DNA of 64,000 bases from Xylographa opegraphella (GCA_022813865.1 JALDZX010000002.1:496001-560000), one strand, 5' to 3'. Positions 1 through 13,955 are shown, counted from the first letter of the stretch. Numbers and translations are program-made. The notes: generated by a model from the letters alone, not told the origin.

Positions 1-317
1 GATGGCCAGCTTCAGCATGCTAAAACTCCTCAACTCCGTGAACGGAATACTGTGGTATGTGCACATTTTGCGCTCACAGGCACCACTATCATGCTTTACT
101 ACAATTTGGAGATATCCTATCATCTATGTACAAACAATCTAGTTATACAGGCGGCATCGCGGAGCGACCGAGCGTGTATTCGTGACCCACCCAGATAAGA
201 GATTCACCCCTTGCCATGATCCTCTCCAAGCGCCAGGACACCAAGCCCAACTGCAATACCCATACAACGCCCAGACTGCCTGCCCGTGGTCTACCGAAAC
301 AATGCATTCAGCGCCAA

Positions 318-2643
318 TCATAGCTTAAGGAAGTCATGCTTAACATTGATCAACGCCCCAGGACCACCGTGTTCACTGATGTCACTAACGAGAACCTCTG
401 TTTGCTGGCAGAGCCGCTCAAGCGCTGCTGCCGAAGACTTTCCCAGCGAGACTAAAGCAGAAATCAGCATCCCAAAGACATTCTTAGCGAATTGACTAGT
501 ACCTAGGATTGCAGAATTGAGTTCCTCCGCGACCGGTATCCGGCCGGAATTCTTGATGACGGCCGCCGTCGGAGACTTCCGAGGATCCTCGTATGCGAAC
601 ATTGCGAAAATTGACTCCAGGGTGCTCTTGACTTCTTTGCTGGGATCGTCTTTGTACTCGTACTTCAACTGTTGTGCATAACGCAATGTCTCATTGAGGA
701 TCTCTTCGTATCTCCTCGAATTGTCCATCTCTTCGGTGTCCATTCGATCCCAGTCCTCCCCGTTGGGCATAGGGTCATCGAGCTCCATTGCTTGGCCGAA
801 AACCTCTTCCGCATGGCTATTGGGAGGCTTGGAACGTTTCTCGGAACTTTCGCTGAGCAGCTCGGTAGACTCCCGCATCATCTCAACAAATTTCCTGCAT
901 CGTAAGCGGAAGTGAATGCGTGGATTGTCTTTAAGCACATCCGGGTAGTATGCATTAGTGCGTTTGAGAGCTCTATCAATGTCCCCTTCAAGAATAGCGG
1001 CACGAATTTCTAATGAATTCAATGTTAGTATTGCACGTCATTGCTATAGGCGTAGAAGCACCCACGTTGCCGATTAATAGCATCCAGGTCCTCGTGTGTG
1101 CTGAGATGGTCAAGATGGTCGTCCGATCCTTTATTCAGTGCGTTCGACTCTGATGTTATTTCGGTTGCGAATGCTTTAGCTGTATCAACATATCCCGCGT
1201 GTCGCAGGAATTGCGCAACCAGCTCTTTGACTAGGGCGTCTTCCGATAAGGGTGGGTGTAGCTGTATGGTGTTTGCCGAATTGATAGAACTCATGATGCG
1301 GGATTTCTCGCACTGCAGATGATCAGTATAGCCTAGTAAGCAGGAGCTTTCGACCAGGGATACCCACGGCGACCATGCCGTCTATGTCAAATATGAAAGG
1401 AGATTGGCCGAAGTTCACTCTAAGTTGTGCTCCCGGCCGCTTTGCGCCGACCGAAGGATATAATTTAATGCCTTTGATATCTCGAAATGCATTTCCTGTG
1501 GCGCGATTAGAAGGATCAAGGTCGAAGTTCAAACAGTCAATGCTCACCTTGGAAGACGCCGTTTTTAGTGAAAAATGCAGAACCTGTCAAGAAGTTGACG
1601 CCGCACCCGATGATATCTTGATTTGTAAATGTTGGTCCATATTTCTTCCCAGTCGATTGGCAGCAAAAAGTCATTCCATCATCACCATGATAGGCCCATG
1701 AGTCATTTTCCCAGCCTGGCAGTTTTTCCAAAGATACTTTCGGTCCCGAAAAGCCAATACCAATCATGCTGAACAAGTTAGCAGATGCAGAATAATCGGA
1801 GACCTGCAGTACAAACCCGTCTTTGCCTTTTGAGATTATTGTGACTTCGTAGTAGTAAATGCCACACTGCGACGGCATGGGATGATTTGCCCGAGCAGCA
1901 GCAGCCTCATGCTCGTGGGTTCTAAGAGGACCTGTGTATCGAACCTCATGCCCGTCTCCAACAATTTCTAGCCCTCCATACTTGTCCAGTTCGAGCCACT
2001 TCGATGGCAGCGGAATTGGATCATCAAATACTACAGCGGGTTGGTGTTCAACGATATCGTATGTCATTCCTCGATGTGAAGGTGTCAATTTATGAAGACT
2101 GACACTGCTTGAAGTCTTCGAGAGGGACGCGGATTGTCCATTGTTTTGTTTTACCGTGTTTTCGTTATGTGCAATCACCTTAGCAATATGGGCACTTTCA
2201 AGCCTCTCCATGTACTTCGAGTCTCGTAAATATGTTGGCACGAAAAACCCGCCGGAGCCAGGCACCGCAGTATTATGAGCACCGTAAAAACCCGCTATCG
2301 AATACTGATTCGACCAATGCGTCATCCCATTTGCACTTCCCCATACATTGACGGCAGTCCCGATACGCACTGGGACGATACCTTCGGAAGGTTCCTGGGT
2401 GGTATATGCACGCTGCTGCAACTCCTGTAGCTGCTGATGACCGGGAGAGGGCGGGGTTGGGTTCATCAAGTGTGAGAAAGCGCCCGAACGTGCAGGAGGG
2501 GTTTGATTCGGTAGCGACGCTGCGGCGGTCCCAGCCGCTACGGAAGCGTAGGAAGAGCGACGAGGGGGCATATTTGTATTGGGCCCAGAGTATTGATGTG
2601 AGGAAGGAGCTCCGTCGGAGCCTTGAGGAATGGTATTCGTCAT
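318..2643 (-). CDS. RanBP9/RanBP10-like SPRY-LisH-CTLH-CRA protein (GID/CTLH E3 ligase subunit), multi-exon
   Basis: Consecutive ORF segments give a SPRY domain (CGIYYYEVTI...PGWENDSWAYHGDDG...IGCGVNF...FFTKNG, LYPSVG...VNFGQSPF), a LisH motif (ELVAQFLRHAGYVDTAKAF), a CTLH motif (IRAAILEGDIDRAL) and a CRA motif (FAMFAYEDP...VAEELNSAIL). Confidence 0.9.
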
Positions 2644-3618
2644 GCTGCGCTGAACTTAGCAGACTGTGGTGAGATCCCTCAAGTTTCTTCTGCTACCATG
2701 CACTTCTAAGTGTCCTTGATGTACAGATAGCGGTAGCTTCCACCGCAGTCGCTCTCCTTCAAACGAAAGTCTGGCTGAAGCAAGTAAATCACTCTAAGCA
2801 AGGTGAGAGAACTCGGGCAGGAATACTGTAGTCGAATGATATTCAGCACAGTATTGCAGCCCATCAACTATAGGACAATCATATGGCCAAAAATTCTCGC
2901 AAATAGGTCCAGTGGAGCAGAAGCCGGGTTGATGAACATCCTCGAGAACATGGTTGTCGTGGTTGAGGTGGTATGAGAGATGCTAAAAGCGACCAGCTTG
3001 GGATGTGCAAGAGACTCGCTTCCCCCGCATCCGCCATTTTCCTCAGGCCCCTCCATTTCCGTCAACTTGCAGGAATCTTGAATACATGTAAGCCAAATCC
3101 TGAAGGTATTCAGAGGTCAGATATGAATGATATATTACAGCTCAAATACTGTAGTCATGAGAGCGAGTTGTTTTGAGGTAAACGAAGATTTCTAAATGTG
3201 AACAGGGGCCAGTGTTTGTCCTGGAAGCTTCCTGTCTTTGATCTCGTACTTATATATGCTAGTATCTATATCATACACTGAGTTTAAGCAGTACAAGCAA
3301 TACGCCATGTAAATGGAGCACGTTGTAGATAGTACAGGGCCAGCAAGGCGCGGATCCATGCTGAGACACTGAAGCTCATAACGCTTCCTTCTGCGCCAAG
3401 ATAACACCGGTATAGCATAATACATTTCTTGATTCACCCCTCCATGAATATGCTGGATGTCCATGTCAGTGGGATGCATCAAAAACAGAGCCTCAAGGTG
3501 ATGGTCATCGGGCAGCTTCTGAGCGAGCCACCGAACGGCCACACAGGTTCTGCTGATAGGTGGTAGCAATTCGTACCACTATCGGAGATGTCTGCCTTAA
3601 CGAAAGCAATTGCCTCAT

Positions 3619-4495
3619 TTACCCAGCAGGACTAGCCACAAGGGGCAATGGCGAGCTGGCAGCAATGTCGATATCCATAGCGCCATTGCGGTCGTTTTCA
3701 CTGCCAATATTGCTGCTGCTGTGATTCATTTGGTTCTCACTATTGGAAGTAGGCGTACTGCCGTGGCCAGCTTCATTCTTGAGATCGATGGCGACTTTCT
3801 GTGGAGCGCGCCAGGAAGGAAGCTGCCATGACACTCCGGTAAAACTCTTCACGCTGAAAGTTTTCTTCTCCCACTTGCGACAGGGCTTCCCCTTCCTGTC
3901 TAACGCACGGAGGCCAGCATTGATTGCGCCTTGATTTGCTTTTGGTCCAAGCTTGTGTCCGGCGAGAGGAGCGGGCGTCGTCCAGGGCCTTGCAGCTTCC
4001 TCGTTCCCAAGAGTACCATCCCTATCAGTGATATGTCAGTTTTGTCGCAAAAGACAAGCCTTTAGACTTTGATAAAGGCAAGGAGTGCTCTCACAGTCTA
4101 GGACGCTTCTTCGGTCCAGGCTTCGCGCGTGGCTTGGTGATGCCTTCGGACAATGACCCAAGTTGTCGTTTCGAGCCGGGTTTTGGCCCGCCAACTCCGC
4201 GCTTCTTGACACCATCCACTGGGGTTGAGGTCTTTTCGGCCGGCACGGAAGACACGACATCCTTGACGTCGGAGTTGGATTCTGTCGAGACGGGGGACGC
4301 TTTGGGAGGGATCGAAGTTGAAGGAGGCGAAGCCGCCGGGGAGGCAAGGGGCTTTCGTGCTGGTGGCTCGTGTGGATATTCCGCCAGTTGGGTTGGTGTC
4401 AATTTGAGTGACACGATTTTGGATGGTTTTGATTTCGAGCCCCTTGTTCCCGTGGTCGGTGGTGAGACCTTGGTCGATGAGGTTGCCGATGACAT
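3619..4495 (-). CDS. ies4: INO80 chromatin-remodelling complex subunit Ies4 family protein (2 exons)
   Basis: Exon 1 KIVSLKL...GPKPGSKR...KPGPKKRPRL. After the intron: HKLGPKANQGAINAGLRALDRKGKPCRKWEKKTFSVKSFTGVSWQLPSW, the conserved fungal Ies4 C-terminus. Confidence 0.85.
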
Positions 4496-5827
4496 CGTTC
4501 AGGATGCAGATGAAAGGTGGTAAAATAGGAAGGGTGAGGACTCCGGAATTGATGTGGTGGATTGCGCCCGTGTAGGTTGGACGGGATGTACGGGGGCTGG
4601 TGACCGAGCAGAGGAACGGCGACGGCAAGGTTATGCGTGCATCGTGATGGTTATCGTGATTTGGTAGAATCGTGGAATGGCGGATGGGAAAACAGGGCAG
4701 TGGAGTGATGTGGAGTGTGAGGTGGTGAGATGGAAGAGGGAGGGTGGAGGTGGTGCTGAGGCGAAGGTGGCATTGTCCTTTGGTGGCCCGTCCTTGGTCT
4801 TTTGGCGTTATGCATTATTTGATTATTTTCAGTTTCGCAGTCGGTACCTTGGAGAAATCATTAAGGGAATCGACACAACTTTTAGCAGCGACAGCCTGCG
4901 AGCGGATGGAAGGCGCGGGCTAGCACCTGCGCTACGCCGGAATGGGGTCTAGCATCGGCTAGCGGGGGTGAAGCCTGCGCGCTCTCTTTCCTCCTTTCCC
5001 TCCTTGCCTCTCCGTTGTACTACGGAGTCCCACGTAAGGTACCTAGTGATTCCCTTCTCTGTCCCACACTGTGAATCGCTTTATTTGCTGCTACTATCAT
5101 CGTCACTGCTGTTGCTACTATTGATGGCACCCGCTGTCTTCGGGGGCCTGCCTAGACACAGTACTTTGGAGGAGGCTGATTGGTCACTCACTCCGTCACG
5201 CGTCGTGTGGCCCCCAGCGCGATCGAGCTGACTCGCTCAGCTGAGGCATCATCATCCACTGGCTTCACCACGGTGTGTGTTTGCAATGGCTTTGTTGGCA
5301 TCTGAGAGTCATAGCCCTCTCACACAGCCGGTTCATCACCTCAACTATATGTTGCACTCAATCCCAAGGCCTTCATGACCATGACCATTCCCAAAGGCGC
5401 ACTTGTGTGAGTGCGGTTCGAGGGTGATTCAAACGTGTGTATATAACATATATATCACAAATGACTAGATATCGCACCAGACTTGTACAGAATCTCACTA
5501 ACTTCTCCATGACTGATTAATCTCGCTATGTAGCACTATCGAGGTGACCATCTAGCCTGGGTGGCAGGTGGCTTCCACTGGAATGTGCTTCTCCCTTGTT
5601 GGCCACCATGTACAGCTTCACTCTGCCTACTTGAAACGAGTCATCGTCGGCAATTCATATCTTTCGAAACGCTCACTCTGATGATCTTGGTGAAAGTTGG
5701 CTGCCGATTCACATGCTGCCCATCTATAAAATACCACATTTGCAGCTTCTTCTCATTACTTAATCTTCTCCACTTTCTTTGCTCAAGGACTCTCCTATAG
5801 TGTTGATCACCTCTAGGTTTTGTAAAG

Positions 5828-7535
5828 ATGCTGTTCCATCTACGCTTCTGCGTAACAGTAGCGCTCCTGCTTTCTGGCTACAATACTCCTACAAATGCTG
5901 GTCATTTGCGCTTCCACAGAGATGAGCTTCGAAATATTCATACGCATCGTCGCGCAAGACGCAACCCCATAGGACCCGAAGAACAACATTATTATCTAGT
6001 CAAGCGCAACAACACTGCGATACAAGAATTGCAAAGCGAGGTTGCCTCATTCTCCTCGTCTATGCTCATATGGTTCAGTCAGGTCAACGCGACAACCAGT
6101 CCGTCGTATATATCCCAGCTACAGAATCTGATCCAACCCCACCAAGCTTGGATGAGCGGATGGCTTGGAACAGTCGCTTCCAATCAACCCGAAGCTCAAT
6201 TTCAGCAATTGCAAGCTGATTCTGATGCCTTCAATGGGTGGATGGCTGCGTGGTTTGCTACGTACAGTGGTATGGACCCATCAGCGGCAATTTCTTTGCT
6301 TCAGCTAGAGGTAGAAGCCTACGAATGGTGGCTCAATACCTGGCTGGTCACAGCAGGCGCAGGATCCGTAGTCACCCCTCTCCCTACGATAGCTAGTCCT
6401 GCAGCCGTCTCTGCTTTGGGATCGGCCACATCAAGTTCACTTGTTCCCGTCACGTTGACAGGAACTATAATTCCAACCATGGTGGCATCCACGACGAGCC
6501 TAGAGACGACTCCAACTCCAAGTGCCTCGCCAGCAAGCGGCCAATCCACTTTCAATGCAAAAGCAAAAGACAATGTCATGGTCTACTTCGGAGCATCACC
6601 TCTGACCGGCAAAGTTCCTCTCAGCCAGATTTGCATGGACGATGCTGTCGATGTTCTTACCCTGGCTTTCGTTGATGGATTCTTCCAACCTAATTCGGGC
6701 GGATATCCAACCGTAGATTTCGGTGCTGCGAGCGGAAACATCAATGCTGCACAGACAGCAGCCGGTGCGAATGGTCTCCTCTGGTGCCCTGACCTCGCAA
6801 CCCAGATCGCGGGATGCCAAAAGTTAGGCAAAAAAGTGCTTCTCAGTCTGGGAGGTGCGACAGCTACTGCCAATACCTTTGCGAATAGCAGTCAAGCCGA
6901 AGATATGGCCAGTACTTTGTGGAACTTGTTTGGTGGGAATAGTACGACGGATGTCAATCTACGTCCTTTTGGCTCGGTAGTAATTGACGGATTCGACATT
7001 GGCTAGTCATCCTATACCCCCATCCGACTTCGATGTCTTTCTTGATTTCTAACATTTCCCAACAGATAATGAATCCAAGGACCCATCCTACTACACCGAA
7101 TTCACCAGTTACCTCCGCTCTCACTTCTCCAGCGATCCCACCAAAACCTACTACCTCTCCGCTGCTCCGCAGTGCCCCTATCCTGACGCCTCCATTCCTC
7201 TCGACGCCATGCTGAACATGGATTTTGTGTGGGTACAATTTTTTGACAACCCATCCTGCAACGTTGGCACTCCCGGCTTCCCCGCCAGCGTCCAAACCTG
7301 GTCCTCCGCCCTTAACGCCGGTATAAAGCCGATGTTTTACATGATGGCGTTCGGTGCAGATCCCGGAAGTGGATCCGTAGCGGGCTACATCGATATCGAC
7401 CAACTCTCGGCTGCTATCAAAAATGTGACGGCGCAGAATGTGGCGAATTTCGGAGGCGTCGGGCTGTGGGATGGGAGTACGGCAGTCAATAACAGTAATT
7501 TCCAGGATGGTGTCAAGAGTGCATTGACGGGGTGA
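5828..7535 (+). CDS. Secreted GH18 class III (group B) chitinase with N-terminal 4x30-aa Trp-rich repeat and Ser/Thr linker
   Basis: Signal peptide, KKVLLSLGGA, RPFGSVVIDGFDI|DNE (DxxDxDxE restored by intron 7002-7065), YYLSAAPQCPYPD, DFVWVQF, FGGVGLWD. Confidence 0.88.
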
Positions 7536-9747
7536 GGGATTGAGGTGTACGATGGGAGGGGTACTGGTTGACGTGGTGGGACGGGTTGTTGGATACACTC
7601 GACAAGGGCTTCCTTTGGGTGAGCTGATTTGAGTACCTATCTTCCCTTGTGGCTCTGTTTGCGGGTGGAGACTTCACGATTTGCATGATGCCATGATTAT
7701 CTGCTTGATGCAGCTCACGAATTTCGGTACGCATGTTCGACTTTATGCATAGGTAGTATGTATCTCATGCAGCTGTGTCTGCAAAACTGAAAAATCTGAT
7801 CCTTGTGCAGCTCGATGAACGTGACTTGAGATTTGCCATGTATTCACAGATGAAGTATCGATAGGTGAGACTGATTGTGTAAAAGGCTTGGTTTATGGGT
7901 CTCCTTGAGCATATTTATTTACAACACGGATTGCTGCACTTCCCTCCTGCTAGAAGGGGTTGCTCTCTTGTTTCAACATCATAGTGTAATGACGTTGGTC
8001 TGGGAGGTGGCTAGCAGCACAAACGGTCCTCAGGTTGGCTGGATCCGTGAGTCAAATCATGCCATCTCCTTCCCGGCGGTTCAGAGCTATACTCGCCTTC
8101 TTGCACATCCCAGTTACTGCGATGACTGAGCGCGCGATTCATACTCCGTGGGACGGCTATGAAACGCCTGAACGGGGACGAGATGATGAGGATGCGATGG
8201 ACTTCTAGGCAGTTGGGTAGCCCACTCGTTGGCAGTGATGGTGAGTAGCAAGCTGAGAAGAGAACCTTCGCTCTTTTCGGAAATGGGTGGGTAGACCTTG
8301 CAGGTCTGATACGACAGGACTTGCCACACATGCTTTTTATTCCCATGGCACTTGTCAGTTTGTGTGACGATATGGAGTTTGGCGCTGCGACGTTGCTGAT
8401 CCTACTCTCAATTCTACCAGTGCTTTTCCTTGTGGAGGTGACATTCAATGCCGCTTTGCTTCTAGTAGCAGACAAGGTCAACTCCGACAGCAGCTTTTGG
8501 GATCGATGGATCTGAATCCGGTACTTTGGAAACTACTCTGGGCATATTCGCAATGTGAAGTGGCGGGTGACATTCAGCCTTGGGATATGTGCACAGCGAT
8601 CTGCAGCGATAGAGCGTAAGTTACCGAGACTTGTATTCTTCACCAATGAGATGATCACGCTTAAGCATAAACGATATCTTTGTGAAGAAGATGCCTTGAA
8701 ACCACGTAAGGGAGTGTCATACAGCTGGATTTGTTACTACGCCTGCGCATACCGATATCTATTTATCGCAAACACCGAACAAGACGTTAATACTAACTCT
8801 GCAATCAGACAGTCGGACATTTTTGATCGGACAGGATTGGCTCCTCATGATAGCATATCGCGAATACTTTTACGGCATCGAAAAAGATGTTATATGCCTG
8901 AAGTAAGGGGGAGCTCGCTTTAGAAATGCTCTATGTTGACCAGTATGCACACTGTGCAGCCATCGACACCTTTGTCGAAGGCAGTTCCACGTCAAGACTG
9001 CTGGAGGCACGGTTTTGACTGACGAGAAGGCTGCTGTGGATTGGTTTGAAGCGATTCTGCCACGCTGTGGAGAGATTCCGCGAGACAGCTCTGGCGAATC
9101 TGGGCACTTAGAGTTCTTTATTGCTCTGGCACTGGGTCGGCCACAGCTGTGGGACTCCACAGGGTTAGAATAGTTCCCCAAATCGGGGTTTTCGGCTTAA
9201 TCTCCCTCTCCCAACTCCGTCGCAAGGATTTTGTATATGGAGGGTCCGTATTTCGAACTTAGGGGTACTTGGCTTTATCGTCGTCCGGGTCAATTCTGGG
9301 GAGCGCATGTGCGATTTGGTCAGTGGAATGCACGCAATATGACCCTGCAAGTGCTATCACCCCCCTTTTCAGACCACCACGTCAAGGAAGATTTAAGTGG
9401 CTGAAGTCCAGGAACGGTACTTCGATGGGTGTACCACTCCTTGATCCCACGCAGTTCCCGTCTCTGATGCGATGAGGTATGGGACGTGGAACCTTCTCCG
9501 TCAAGCCCTGATCAAGATCCCGCTACACCCCGACACCCCCCTCCAATCGACTACTTCGACTTTCCGTTGATGATCATGATCACAGCATCCACATTGGCTA
9601 CTATCTCATAGCTGACAAAGCCAGATGTCATCGGGAATCTCTCACATGGCGTCAGTTCCACCAAGATTAGAGACATTCTCACCAAGGCCAACATGCCAAG
9701 TACCGGTTCAGCTGCTCTGATTGTTCAATTCCGAGGTTCCCGTAAAC

Positions 9748-11395
9748 TTATTCCTCTTGTGACTTCGACGACGACAAGTGAGAAGTACTACTCGTAGCAA
9801 TAGGAACAGGACAGACATCAGGCTTAGGACTATGAGGATAAGCAGTTGTAGAGTCAAACACGCGCCTCGCGGGCTTGTCATGTATCAAACCGATCCACAT
9901 GCTAGACTTCAACAGATGCTGCATCTCGCTCCACGACCTAATCTCGCATAAGTTCATGCTAACGAGCAAGACAGGTTTCAGCCACCAGTCGTCCGTGGCA
10001 TCAAATACCAATGCCGCCCCAATCATCAGGAGCCACAGCACCAGGTGCGGGGACATTTGCTGGGAGTTCAGCGTGGTAAGGCAGTTCCTGAAGGCAGAAG
10101 TAAGAAGGGGGTAGGACATTCCCAGGTGTTGCCACTGCAGGAAAACACTGCAGGAAAAGGCGAGCAGACCGAGGCGGATTGCTTCATCGCTGGAGTCAGC
10201 GCCAAAGGTCATACCAAAAAGTCGGTACATGACCGAGGCAACGGTCTCGAGGAGAGTGTCCACCGAGATGCACTGTCCAGAATCGGCAACAAAGTTGATG
10301 ACGGAGCAGAACTCCGACATAATTTTCCAGATCCCGGCTAGGTCGTCGGCCATGTCATCGAAGAGCCTGGCTGACTGATACTGAGAGCTGGTCACGACAG
10401 GCCCCCGTAACTCGAGGAGCAATTTCAGGTTTGGGTATGGTGGATAAGGTTCCTGGGACGAGAAATTGTTGAAAAAGAAGGGTGTGGAGCCGCTGTGAAG
10501 TGCTATGCCCATGTCGCACCTGAGGATTTCGATCAGAAGTTTTGGGTTCTCCTTGAAGGTGGCAACGCCTCCTCTCAAGCTGACTATCCTGCTGAGGCCT
10601 TCCATATGATGTCGGGCGGACTCGGAATTGCCCGTCCACAGTGCATGGCCGGTGAGGCCCATAACAGCTGCCGCCGTAGTGTAGGACAGTCTTGCTTCAT
10701 CGTTACCGTGCGCTAATCTCTCGCGCAGAAGCTTGACCGTCTCCAGAAAATGCGGCAATGACCGCTGGTTAAAAGGGGAGATGTTTTGGGGCAGTATTGC
10801 GTCGAAGAAGTACTGCGAAGTAAAGATCATGGCGTGGAGATAGGCAGGATCGAATGCTAGAGGCGCTATCCACGCTTCGGCCCTCCTCTCGAAGAAGATG
10901 CATGTCTCTAGGGGAAAGAGAATCTTCTTGGCAATGGAAGAGACTGGTGTTTGGATGGTAAGCCGTTCGCCTACCAGAGACAGATAGATGGTACAACGCA
11001 CACTGCAGAACAACCTCAACTGCCGCAGGCTCTACAGCATCAGCAAACCGAATTGTAGACAGATCCGACCCGAACTTGCGGGGCACTGTGACGGGCAGAA
11101 TGTGGCGAGATACCGTTGTCGTGGTGGATGACGCCGGGGATTCGCTTGGGTTTGATGCATCTTGCGTCCTCCTCGGTTTCTTCTTGCGAAGGGGAAGTGT
11201 CTTTCCCCGGTTCTTGCCTAGCATGCAGTGGCTTCGGATGAACTTGCGCAATTCTGGATTCGGCTTCTTCGCGTCGGTCGACACCACGAAATGTAGCCCT
11301 GCCGTTGCCGCACAGGAGAACAAGCACGTTAGAAACGAAGTATCACTAAGTCCTGCCCCGAGTACTCACTCACCTGGCGCCTGGACGGCAGCCAT
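9748..11395 (-). CDS. Fungal-specific transcription-factor-like protein (IRSHxM N-terminal motif, no Zn2Cys6 cluster)
   Basis: FVVST...RKFIRSHCMLGKNRGK N-terminus, then DPAYLHA...ARHHMEGLSRIVSLRGG...LWLLMIGA, typical of this fungal regulator-like family. Start and introns inferred. Confidence 0.65.
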
Positions 11396-12033
11396 GACAC
11401 GCGGCAAGTCCTAGAATCCGTTGACGAAATTCGAAGCGTCTGAAAGCTGCGATGTGCGGGATTGGGATGCTCCAAACGGCAAGCAATATGAACAAGACTG
11501 CGCGAAAAAGACGACGGGCAGACGAGCACGAGCGGGCTGGAGTGGTCTAAGATTGTATGCCTATTTCGGTAAGCAGCTTATAGCTTGTGTCACCCTCCAG
11601 CATGAATCCATGGAAGGGGAGGTGCCATAATTCACGCACACCCCCTGGTGGGGCGGTGAAATTGTCTTCTAAATTTATGAATTCCCTCCACTATTTTTCC
11701 TGGTTAAGCCAGGCGAAGCGCGGGGCAAACGTCCAACGAGATTGTTTGCCGTTTTGGGGATAGCTTCGAATATAAGCCCTATCATGGTCGAAAGGCAGAC
11801 ACAGCTAATTCGTCCGGACCCGCGCTGAATGCATAACAGCACTTTGGAATCTTTTATGCACTTGCAAGGGCCGTGGTATATCACATTGAGACCACCAGAC
11901 ATGGTATGCGCAAACCCGTATATCAATGCCCGCATGACACTTCTTTCTGACAATTTCTAGCGTCTTCCCACTTGTATCTCCATCTGGATTCCACAGAACC
12001 ATACATCGCAGCATCCAACCGCACAGCGTTATC

Positions 12034-13134
12034 ATGGTCGGCTCCAAGGATCTGATGCCTTCAACTGGTTCATTCGGTAAGATCTTCTTCCACAATCAGT
12101 TCCGCGCCAAGCCGCAATGGCCCTCCCCAAAGACAAGTCTCTCGGGCGCGACAGCCATCGTCTCCGGAAGCAACACTGGGCTTGGTTATGAGGCCGCGCA
12201 GCAGCTGTTGGGCCTCAAACTGTCACGTCTGGTCATGGCAGTGCGTTCTCTCGACAGGGGAGAAGCAGCTGCAGCCAGGCTCCATCGACAATACCCCAAA
12301 GCTACTATCGATGTCTGGCAGCTGGATATGAGCGCGTACGACTCGATCCAAGCCTTCGCGGCCCGCGTCGCGAGCCAGCTGTCCCGCATCGACATTGTCA
12401 TTCTCAATGCCGGCGTCATTGGCTTCACCTTCAAGGTAACCAAGAGCACTGGCCACGGGCAGCTTTTGCAGGTCAACTATCTCTCAACGATGCTGCTTGC
12501 CATCCTTCTCCTTCCGACACTCAAGGCTAAACGTCCACCGGACGGCCGACCCGCGCATCTAACCATCGTCAACGCTGCGTTGACTCTGGCTGCCAAGTTC
12601 ACCGAGAGAAACTCAATCCCCCTGCTGGCGGCCTTCGACGACCCCAAGAAGTTCGACCGCGAAGAGACGTACAACTCATCCAAGCTACTGGCCCACATGT
12701 TCCTCTGGAACCTCGTCGACTACGTCTCCGCCGACGATGTCATTGTCAACCTCGTCGACCCAGCCTGGTGCAAGGGCACCGATTTAACGCGCGACGTCAG
12801 CGGCGGGATGAAGGTGGGCGTCAAGATATTTGGTGCCCTCACTGGAAGGCCCCCGAAACTTGGTGCCTCGTGCTTTGTCGACGCTGTGGTGAACAAGGGA
12901 AAGGAGTCTCATGTATGTTTCATCATGAGTTGGCAGATCCATCCGTAAGTTCCAGCAACTTTTCCGGCTTCCCTCATCTTTTCCCGTCCATCAGACGCTG
13001 AACACTCTTGCAGATTCGCCGCCTTCTTGTACACGCCCGAGGGCAGGGCGGTCACGCAACGTTGCTGGGAGGAGACATTGGCAGCGCTTGAATTTGCCAA
13101 TGCTCGCACCGTCCTGGATTCTATGCGAGGATAA
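12034..13134 (+). CDS. Short-chain dehydrogenase/reductase (retinol-DH-like), 2 exons
   Basis: AIVSGSNTGLG Rossmann motif, ILNAG, QVNYLST, YNSSK catalytic YxxxK. Short second exon ends TAA at 13132-13134. Confidence 0.9.
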
Positions 13135-13429
13135 TGTAATTATTTCTCGTCTAAGTGTGCACGAGGATATTGTCGCTCGAGGACATGGTGACATGGAGCA
13201 GAAGCGGACTTCCAGGTCATCAATGGTAGTTGGTAGCTGGTAATGGTGTGGCATATGGAGCAAAAGCGCTACTTAGATTGTTACCTTGAATGGCAGACTA
13301 GCATTCTTAGATACTCAGGACGTAAGCCGGATTATCCTTAACTGTCACAGATGACGAATCCCAATCACAGCATTCTCTGGTAGAATCAGTCTCGAAGATA
13401 CGCTCGCTACTACTCGAGGCGGTATATGT

Positions 13430-13955
13430 ATGGATATTAAGATGACGAATAAGAACCTCGGGCTGTATAAACGTAGTATGATTATCGTCGTACAGCCGGC
13501 TTTAGGATAGAAGGCTCTTATATGCAGCTTGCCAAGGAAGACCTATGCTTTCCATTAGATTCTGGACCGGAAGCACAGATCGGAGGAAAGATCGGTACTG
13601 ATCATTCTGGCACCAATAGATATCGCTATCATACGAAAAAAAGATTGGTTATATCCTTGAGTGTCTATTTTAACAAGGGCACGATCTTTAAGACGAGACG
13701 GCGTCTTGAAGGACCATTGCCGGCTATGATCTAAGAAAGCTCTTCATTTACTAAAGACGGACCTTGAAGTTAGTGACAGAGACTGTCTTAAAGGTCACAT
13801 CGAATCTCGAGAATGTGCAAGTTGCCGTGACTGGTTTCCTATCAATTCAGAATACAGTGGACACTTTAGTAAGGCTCGTTTTGGGTAGGGGATCATGATT
13901 GCTGCCGTCGAGCTACTTGACGAGCAGACAACGAAAGCTGTCAAGCAGAACGGCT
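13430..13955 (+). pseudogene. Decayed fragment of FAD-linked D-lactate dehydrogenase (DLD1-like)
   Basis: Translated pieces IVVQPALG*, LAKEDLCFPLDSGPEAQIGGKIGTDHSGTNRYRY...KGTIFKTR, AGYDLRKLFIY*, IAAVELLDE resemble DLD motifs (VVVQP, FPPDPGPGAxIGGM...SGTNAYRYG, SAGYDL...SEGTLG) but contain stops and frameshifts. Confidence 0.7.

Noticed and set aside
7875..9475. Several short overlapping ORFs
   Set aside because: No recognisable motifs or consistent exon chain. Probably intergenic or a decayed relic.
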